Positions 6,845 through 12,819 of a stretch of 12,819 bases of DNA are shown piece by piece. The notes beneath the pieces were generated by a model that saw only the letters and a list, made by a program, of their open reading frames with translations, searched no databases and was not told the DNA's origin. The stretch is from a virus (taxonomy: Duplodnaviria > Heunggongvirae > Uroviricota > Caudoviricetes): IMG/VR virus record IMGVR_UViG_2778260995_000007, positions 1 to 12,819 of that record; one strand, 5' to 3'. The first letter of the stretch is position 1, and the number at the start of each line of letters is the position of its first letter. The position numbers were made by a program, and so were the translations under genes.

Positions 6845-7885
6845 ATGGTCGATTTATATTCGCCTACCCAGCTTGTACAGGTGGTTAATGCTGTAGATGT
6901 ACAAAAACAACTAAATGCGTTGTTTACCAGTTTGTTTTTTACTCGCTCTGTAATGTTTGAATCGCGCGATATTATTCTTGATACAATCGACGATCCAAAT
7001 ATCCCAATTGCAGCGTTTTGTTCTCCTATGGTGGGTAGTAAAGTTTCACGTGACGAAGGGTACGAATCAAAAACAATTCGTCCAGGCTATATGAAGCCGA
7101 AAAGCAGCATTGATCCAAATAAGTTAGCTGTGCGCCCTGCTGGTGTATCACCTGAGCAATACAATGCTTTTGGAGCGCGTAATATTAAAGTTAAACAGGC
7201 GATTGTAAATCAGGCTAAAGCTATTCGTGCACGTATTGAATGGCTTGCCGTTCAGGCAATCACAACGGGGAAAAATATCATTGAGGGCGATGGTATTGAA
7301 CGTTATGAACTGGACTGGAATATAAAACCACAAAATATTATCACGCAGTCTGGCGGTGCTGAGTGGTCAGGTAAGGATAAAGAAACTTTTGATCCAAATG
7401 ATGATATTGAGAGCTACGCAGAATTTAGTGAGGGCGTCACTAATATCATCATTATGGGCGGTAATGTATGGAAGAAATACCGTTCATTCAGAGCGATAAA
7501 AGAGGCTCTGGATACCCGCCGTGGTTCTAATTCCGAACTGGAAACGGCCCTTAAAGACCTTGGTGATTCGGTGAGTTTTAAAGGGTATATGGGCGATGTT
7601 GCGATTGTTGTTTACAGCGGACGTTATACCGACGAGGACGGAACTGAAAAACATTTCCTTGATCCTGATTTGATGGTGCTTGGCAATACGGCTCTTCAGG
7701 GGATTGTCGCCTATGGCGGTATTCAGGATCCGGAGCTAACCCGAATGGGGCTGACTAAAGCCGAACTTGCACCGAAAAACTATATTGTGCCTGGTGATCC
7801 GGCTATTGAGTACGTACAAACGCACTCTGCACCACAGCCAATACCGGCCCGCATCAATCGTTTTGTTACCGTTCGCATTGGCTAA
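6845..7885 (+). CDS. Major capsid protein, diverged homologue of lambda gpE, encoded by the element
   Basis: Start moved to ATG 6845 (AAGAGG RBS), giving 346 aa, close to lambda E in size. Shares blocks with lambda E as I recall it: PGYMKPK, ITQSGGAEW, LDTRRGSNSELETA, GDVAIVVYSG, VLGNT, GDPA (roughly 40-50% identity by eye). Confidence 0.8.
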   Translation: MVDLYSPTQLVQVVNAVDVQKQLNALFTSLFFTRSVMFESRDIILDTIDDPNIPIAAFCSPMVGSKVSRDEGYESKTIRPGYMKPKSSIDPNKLAVRPAGVSPEQYNAFGARNIKVKQAIVNQAKAIRARIEWLAVQAITTGKNIIEGDGIERYELDWNIKPQNIITQSGGAEWSGKDKETFDPNDDIESYAEFSEGVTNIIIMGGNVWKKYRSFRAIKEALDTRRGSNSELETALKDLGDSVSFKGYMGDVAIVVYSGRYTDEDGTEKHFLDPDLMVLGNTALQGIVAYGGIQDPELTRMGLTKAELAPKNYIVPGDPAIEYVQTHSAPQPIPARINRFVTVRIG

Positions 7886-7894
7886 GGGGGAGCA

Positions 7895-8236
7895 ATGGCT
7901 ACTCATTACACTGAACTCATGTCTGGCACTGAAGCACTGGTTACTACGCTGGGGATATTTTCAGCCAATAAAGGGGTAATACCTGCGTTTACGCCACTGA
8001 TGCAGGAAGATGCAACTGGTGCGCTAGTGGTATGGGATGGAACGAGCGCAGGCAAAGCGGTTTATGTTTCCGCTGTACAAATCGACACAGCGAAAAAAAC
8101 ACAGGCACAGGTTTATAAGACAGGTGTTTTAAATGTTGATGCTCTGAACTGGCCTGAGTCTGTAAGAGAACTGTCGGCAAAGGTTGCCGCGTTTGTTGGC
8201 TCAGGTATTTCTGTTCAGCCGCTGGCTCGTGTGTAA
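7895..8236 (+). CDS. Head decoration protein, homologue of lambda gpD
   Basis: 113 aa; ...PAFTPLMQEDATGALVVWDGTSAGKAV...YKTGVLNVDALNWPE...AAFVGSGISV parallels lambda D (...PAMTPLM...LVAWDGTTDGAAV...YKSGTFRYEDVLWPE...TAFAGTAISIV); AAGGGGGA RBS. Confidence 0.8.
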   Translation: MATHYTELMSGTEALVTTLGIFSANKGVIPAFTPLMQEDATGALVVWDGTSAGKAVYVSAVQIDTAKKTQAQVYKTGVLNVDALNWPESVRELSAKVAAFVGSGISVQPLARV

Positions 8237-8247
8237 AGGGGGATACA

Positions 8248-8631
8248 ATGCAGAATCATTACAATGACCTTAAGCCAATTGCCGAAATGATGTACCCGAA
8301 TCCAGCTGTAGAGGAATTAAAAGCTATCGCTGACAAAATGTGTTTAAGCGAGCGCCTTGTTGATATGAATCAGGTGATGGAAATTACAACCCTGAGTCGG
8401 CGTACACTGCTAAACCTTGAGGCTAGTGGAGAGTTCCCGGAGCGTGTGCAGGTTACGGAAGGGCGTAAGGCCTGGTATTTAAGTGAAGTGATCGACTGGA
8501 TAAATAATATTCCTCGCGCTTCTGAATATTGCCGCGTACCTGTCCCAAAAAAGCCAGATGCGGCGCTATGCCTCAAGATTGAGCGTGTACGCCGCAATGC
8601 ACGGGATGGTCGCTATAAGCTGATTGGTTGA
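8248..8631 (+). CDS. AlpA/MerR-like HTH DNA-binding protein, larger than a typical AlpA, function unknown
   Basis: 127 aa; central ...MEITTLSRRTLLNLEASGEFPERVQVTEGRKAWYLSEVIDWI is an AlpA-type HTH; AAAGGGGGA RBS; follows the capsid genes. Confidence 0.65.
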   Translation: MQNHYNDLKPIAEMMYPNPAVEELKAIADKMCLSERLVDMNQVMEITTLSRRTLLNLEASGEFPERVQVTEGRKAWYLSEVIDWINNIPRASEYCRVPVPKKPDAALCLKIERVRRNARDGRYKLIG

Positions 8632-9287
8632 TGAAATTAGGGCCCGCTCTGGCTGGCGGGTCCTTTCCGGCGATCCAGAACGTTACGGGGCGTCAGGCGC
8701 GCAGTTTTTTGCTATTTATGAAAATTTTCCGGTTTAAAGCGTTTCCGTTCTTCTTCGCCGTAACTTAATGTTTTTATTAGAAACACCCACTAAAAAGAAA
8801 GGAAACAACAGATGCTGAAAACGTGTTTTTTGGACAGTGTCGTTTCCTTTCTCTGGTTTTGTTGCCGTCTGTCGCGGTCTGTCACCAGAAAAAACTCTCA
8901 CCCCTGCGTTGAATCAGGCTCTACACTAAAGTAGACAATAACGCGCCGCTGGCTTCGCTTCATGGTCGTGGCCTACTTCTGCACTATCGCAACAGCCTTA
9001 TGCGCCCTGCTGGTGAGCTATTGAGTAAGCAGAATGCGGATTACAAGGCATCCTATGCGTTTTGTGGCGTACCGAACACAACCGCTCAGGTGAATCCCGT
9101 TTTGTTAGTTTATGGAAAGAGCCGTATCGGGGGCGCAATCATTTCTGCGTGGATCTATGTCGAAGACAAAATGTGGTATGCGCATCTGGCCGGAGGGTGA
9201 GCAATTTATCAGGGAAGTATCATCTCTACAGGTTTAAGACAACCAGAAGAAGTTATCGAGCAAGTTGGGTATGAAGATTTTCCTATA

Positions 9288-9551
9288 ATGGTAACGTTTA
9301 AGATTCCGGTGTTTGGTATCGTGGTGGGAACATGGAGGAATGTGGATCCGGCAAAATCATTCGGTTTTTTCCGTCAATTCATTGTGGACTGGGATTAGGA
9401 GAGTGTGCTTACTGACCAAGCTCTTAAGGGATATTTATATGCTTACCTAGGCACTGATGAAGCACTTTTCAAATGCTGGGCGGATTATATGAAATGCAGA
9501 TTGGCAGAAAATGAACATAGGTTTAAAAAATATACTGAGACTGTAAACTGA
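9288..9551 (+). pseudogene. Possible decayed ORF: 87-codon frame broken by an in-frame TAG at 9396-9398, no RBS
   Basis: Translation MVTFKIPVFGIVVGTWRNVDPAKSFGFFRQFIVDWD*ESVLTDQALKGYLYAYLGTDEALFKCWADYMKCRLAENEHRFKKYTETVN*; sits in a ~1 kb stretch (8632-9676) without convincing genes. Confidence 0.2.
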
Positions 9552-9676
9552 GTTCGCTGTGATTTAATTCGTGATTTAATCGAAGAGAGGAAAGTGAAAT
9601 GAGCCCTGCTAAGGGCCGCATCTTTATATTGAACGACTTATCACTAGATTAGGAAATCACTTCGAATGATATGCTG

Positions 9677-10549
9677 TTACTTTATAATTCCGTCTTTGAA
9701 AACCATTTTCTTAGCGCCAGAGGTATAGTTTTGAACAATTCCCAATAACTCTTTTGAATAGTCAATTGTAGAAATTGTCTCTGCCGGTTTGTTATATGTG
9801 TAATTAAGTGAGTAACCTCTCAGCTTTAATCTTAAATCACCATTTTCTAACTCTAAATAAGCGTCGGTTAGCTCTTCTTTGTAAGTGCCTGCACCATATT
9901 GGATGTTAGGTACTCTCGCGGATAAGGAGTTTTCTAAGTCGCAGAGAGAATACTTGTCGTGGGTAGTATTATCAACGATGAATATTTGGTTGTTAAGTAG
10001 TCGACTGAACCTTGAATTTAAATCATCTATGTTTAAATTTTTTTGCGACTCAAGCCAGCTTGCATCTATCATTGGTGAGAATGCAGTTATTCTGGGGGGA
10101 GTTATCGCGACGATATTCAATTGAATAGTTTTGATAAGTGGTGTTCCATCTGGCGCGCGCCAGTCTTCGTTATCAGCTTCACGAACTATTAGAAGGTCAA
10201 TTTTATATTGTTCGGCTTTTTTTTGAGCCCCACTTTGATACCCTGTTTTGGTTGCATAAATTAGTCTTAGGCCGGGAATATCTGCTGTTTTTCCGATGAA
10301 TGCGTCAATTTTCTCGATACTTACACTTGAAGCGTAGTCTTTGCATTCGATTACGGTCTTATATTCATAACCTCCTAAGTTAAATTCCCAATACACATCG
10401 AATTGCCTAGTTATGCCGTTTTTATCTACGATTTTTTTGTTTACTTCAACGGTGATGTTTTTCAAGTGAGAAATTTTCTCAGCTTGTATCAAGCTTTGAT
10501 GAATCGCCCCAACAAATTCCTCATAATCTCTGCCAGTGTTTTTAGTCAT
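9677..10549 (-). CDS. Mrr-type restriction-endonuclease-like (PD-(D/E)xK) protein with an uncharacterised C-terminal domain; candidate defence nuclease
   Basis: Start placed at ATG 10549 (GAGG RBS 8 nt upstream; the track's 10567 start is TTG), 290 aa. N-terminal half shows a PD-(D/E)xK pattern (...QFDVYWEF...YKTVIECKDY...SIEKIDAFIGK...LIYATKTGYQSGA...). Visibly AT-rich. Confidence 0.75.
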   Translation of the reverse strand: MTKNTGRDYEEFVGAIHQSLIQAEKISHLKNITVEVNKKIVDKNGITRQFDVYWEFNLGGYEYKTVIECKDYASSVSIEKIDAFIGKTADIPGLRLIYATKTGYQSGAQKKAEQYKIDLLIVREADNEDWRAPDGTPLIKTIQLNIVAITPPRITAFSPMIDASWLESQKNLNIDDLNSRFSRLLNNQIFIVDNTTHDKYSLCDLENSLSARVPNIQYGAGTYKEELTDAYLELENGDLRLKLRGYSLNYTYNKPAETISTIDYSKELLGIVQNYTSGAKKMVFKDGIIK

Positions 10550-10730
10550 TGTGCAGCCTCGTTCCAATCATCAGAGTAACGGTTAAATATTTATACACCT
10601 TGAATCTATGAACAGATTTATGTCACTTCACGCTGTATTGCACGCTGTATTGCATTAAGGAGGAATAATGTCGATTTGATGATGTTTTATCAAGTAAATT
10701 CATTCACATCCTTTCATATTTGACTCATGT

Positions 10731-10740
10731 AACCCAAGCA
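10731..10740. repeat. Right copy of 10-bp direct repeat AACCCAAGCA (putative attR core)
   Basis: Identical to 77-86; the E reading frame resumes directly here (CCC AAG CAT GAG GTG = P K H E V). Confidence 0.6.
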
Positions 10741-11521
10741 TGAGGTGAATCCGCAGATGACCCTGCGTCGCCTGCCGGATGAAGATCCGCAGAATCTGGC
10801 GGACCCAGCTTACCGCCGCCGTCGCATCATCATGCAGAACATGCGTGACGAAGAGCTGGCCATTGCTCAGGTCGAAGAGATGCAGGCAGTTTCTGCCGTG
10901 CTTAAGGGCAAATACACCATGACCGGTGAAGCCTTCGATCCGGTTGAGGTGGATATGGGCCGCAGTGCGGCGAATAACATCACGCAGTCCGGCGGCACGG
11001 AGTGGAGCAAGCGTGACAAGTCCACGTATGACCCGACCGACGATATCGAAGCCTACGCGCTGAACGCCAGCGGTGTGGTGAATATCATCGTGTTTGATCC
11101 GAAAGGCTGGGCGCTGTTCCGTTCCTTCAAAGCCGTCAAGGAGAAGCTGGATACCCGTCGTGGCTCTAATTCCGAGCTGGAGACAGCGGTGAAAGACCTG
11201 GGTAAAGCGGTGTCCTATAAGGGGATGTATGGCGATGTTGCCATCGTCGTGTATTCCGGACAGTACGTGGAAAACGGTGTCAAAAAGAACTTCCTGCCGG
11301 ACAACACGATGGTGCTGGGGAACACTCAGGCACGCGGTCTGCGTACCTATGGCTGTATTCAGGATTCGGACGCACAGCGCGAAGGCATTAACGCATCTGC
11401 CCGTTACCCGAAAAACTGGGTGACCACCGGCGATCCGGCGCGTGAGTTCACCATGATTCAGTCAGCACCGCTGATGCTGCTGGCTGACCCTGATGAGTTC
11501 GTGTCCGTACAACTGGCGTAA
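10733..11521 (+). pseudogene. E: 3' fragment of lambda-type major capsid protein gene E (from ...KPKHEVNPQMTLRRL to the C-terminus)
   Basis: Translation matches my recollection of the lambda gpE C-terminal ~260 aa almost residue for residue; an in-frame TAA at 10730-10732 closes the frame upstream. Confidence 0.85.
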
Positions 11522-11523
11522 TC

Positions 11524-11550
11524 ATGGCCCTTCGGGGCCATTTTCTCTCT
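11524..11550 (+). terminator. Rho-independent terminator-like hairpin after E (ATGGCCC-TTCG-GGGCCAT followed by a T-rich tract)
   Basis: 7-bp GC-rich stem with TTCG tetraloop and TTTTCTCTCT tail, seen directly 3 nt after the E stop. Confidence 0.6.
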
Positions 11551-11562
11551 GTGGAGGAGTCC

Positions 11563-11961
11563 ATGACGAAAGATGAACTGATTGCCCGCCTCCGCTCGTT
11601 GGGTGAGCAACTGAACCGTGATGTCAGCCTGACGGGGACGAAAGAAGAACTGGCGCTCCGTGTGGCAGAGCTGGAAGAGGAGCTTGATGACACGGATGAC
11701 ACTGCCGGTCAGGACACCCCTCTCAGCCCGGAAAATGTGCTGACCGGGCATGAAAATGAGGCTGTATCAGCGCAGCCGGATACCGTGATTCAGGATGCGG
11801 CTGATCTGGTCACCGTTGTGGCACTGGTGACGCTGCATACTGATGCACTTCACGCCATCCGGGATGAACCTGTGGCATTTGTGATGCCGGGAACGGCGTT
11901 CCGTGTCTCTGCCGGTGTGGCAACCGAAATGACAGAACGCGGCCTGGCCAGAATGCAATAA
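11563..11961 (+). CDS. FI: Lambda-type head assembly/DNA packaging protein FI
   Basis: Start at ATG 11563 with GGAGGAG RBS (the track's ORF begins upstream at 11524); MTKDELIARLRSLGEQLNRDVSLTGTKEELALRVAEL... matches lambda gpFI as I recall it. Confidence 0.88.
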   Translation: MTKDELIARLRSLGEQLNRDVSLTGTKEELALRVAELEEELDDTDDTAGQDTPLSPENVLTGHENEAVSAQPDTVIQDAADLVTVVALVTLHTDALHAIRDEPVAFVMPGTAFRVSAGVATEMTERGLARMQ

Positions 11962-11972
11962 CGGGAGGCGCT

Positions 11973-12326
11973 GTGGCTGATTTCGATAACCTGTTCGATG
12001 CTGCCATTGCCCGCGCCGATGAAACGATACGCGGGTACATGGGAACGTCAGCCACCATTACATCCGGTGAGCAGTCCGGTGCTGTGATACGTGGTGTTTT
12101 TGATGACCCTGAAAATATCAGCTATGCCGGACAGGGCGTGCGCGTTGAAGGCTCCAGCCCGTCCCTGTTTGTCCGGACTGATGAGGTGCGGCAGCTGCGG
12201 CGTGGAGACACGCTGACCATCGGTGAGGAAAACTTCTGGATAGACCGGGTTTCGCCGGATGATGGCGGAAGTTGTCATCTCTGGCTTGGACGGGGCGTAC
12301 CGCCTGCCGTTAACCGTCGCCGCTGA
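11973..12326 (+). CDS. FII: Lambda-type head-tail joining protein FII
   Basis: GTG start with GGGAGG RBS; MADFDNLFDAAIARADETIRGYMGTSATITSGEQSGAVIRGVFDDPENISYAGQGVRVEG... matches lambda gpFII. Confidence 0.88.
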   Translation: MADFDNLFDAAIARADETIRGYMGTSATITSGEQSGAVIRGVFDDPENISYAGQGVRVEGSSPSLFVRTDEVRQLRRGDTLTIGEENFWIDRVSPDDGGSCHLWLGRGVPPAVNRRR

Positions 12327-12337
12327 AAGGGGGATGT

Positions 12338-12819
12338 ATGGCCATAAAAGGTCTTGAGCAGGCCGTTGAAAACCTCAGCCGTATCAGCAAAACGGCGGTG
12401 CCCGGTGCCGCCGCAATGGCCATTAACCGCGTTGCGTCATCCGCGATATCGCAGTCGGCGTCACAGGTTGCCCGAGAGACAAAGGTACGCCGGAAACTGG
12501 TAAAGGAAAGGGCCATGCTGAAAAGGGCCACGGTCAAAAATCCGCAGGCCAGAATCAAAGTTAACCGGGGGGATTTGCCCGTAATAAAGCTGGGTAACGC
12601 GCGGGTTGTCCTGTCCCGACGCAGGCGTCGTAAAAAGGGGCAGCGTTCATCCCTGAAAGGTGGCGGCAGCGTGCTTGTGGTGGGAAACCGTCGTATTCCC
12701 GGCGCGTTTATTCAGCAACTGAAAAATGGCAGGTGGCATGTTATGCAGCGTGTGGCCGGGAAAAACCGTTACCCCATTGATGTGGTGAAAATCCCGATGG
12801 CGGTGCCGCTGACCACGGC
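12338..12819 (+). CDS. Z: Lambda-type tail protein Z, 5' partial (runs off the window end)
   Basis: ATG 12338 with AAAGGGGGA RBS; MAIKGLEQAVENLSRISKTAVPGAAAMAINRVASSAISQ... matches lambda gpZ; no stop before the window end. Confidence 0.85.
   Translation, partial: MAIKGLEQAVENLSRISKTAVPGAAAMAINRVASSAISQSASQVARETKVRRKLVKERAMLKRATVKNPQARIKVNRGDLPVIKLGNARVVLSRRRRRKKGQRSSLKGGGSVLVVGNRRIPGAFIQQLKNGRWHVMQRVAGKNRYPIDVVKIPMAVPLTT

Larger units (their letters stand above)
77..10740. mobile_element. Integrated satellite-like element (PICI/P4-like), ~10.65 kb, inserted in prophage gene E; boundaries set by the 10-bp direct repeats
   Basis: Interrupted E reading frame; direct repeat AACCCAAGCA at both junctions; integrase gene adjacent to left junction; int-alpA-primase-ori gene order. 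Confidence 0.7.

Noticed and set aside
7148-8180. ORFs 7148-7333-, 7767-7979+ and 7989-8180- overlapping the capsid and decoration genes
   Set aside because: Embedded in or antisense to genes with clear homologues; spurious.
9000-9274. Plus-strand ORFs 9000-9200 and 9062-9274
   Set aside because: Mutually overlapping in different frames, no RBS, no recognisable product; likely chance ORFs in a decayed region.
9885-10124. Plus-strand ORF antisense to the nuclease gene
   Set aside because: Embedded antisense in a motif-supported gene; AT-rich DNA readily yields such ORFs.
10745-11521. Track ORF 10745-11521 as an independent 258-aa gene
   Set aside because: It is the C-terminal part of the disrupted E gene, continuous with the fragment at 1-87; annotated as a pseudogene fragment.
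11229-12558. Alternative-frame and antisense ORFs across E, FI, FII and Z (11229-11423+, 11448-11751-, 11767-12058-, 12048-12278-, 12310-12558-)
   Set aside because: All overlap genes that match lambda head/tail proteins; typical GC-rich off-frame ORFs.

Overview
The window is the head-gene region of a lambda-type prophage (E, FI, FII, Z') in which the major capsid gene E is split by a ~10.65 kb integrated element flanked by a 10-bp direct repeat (AACCCAAGCA at 77-86 and 10731-10740). The element resembles a PICI/P4-type phage satellite: P4-type tyrosine integrase, AlpA, a replication module (primase-helicase, iteron origin, SSB-like protein), and a divergent promoter/operator region with a small Arc-like RHH ORF. 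Unusually, it carries its own diverged homologues of lambda E (major capsid) and D (decoration) but no portal, terminase, protease or scaffold. Two AT-rich cargo genes look like candidate anti-phage effectors: a TIR-like-domain protein just after alpA (1751-2626) and a Mrr-type PD-(D/E)xK nuclease next to attR (9677-10549, minus strand). All homology calls come from reading the translations against remembered sequences and motifs; none was confirmed by a database search, and GC content was judged by eye.
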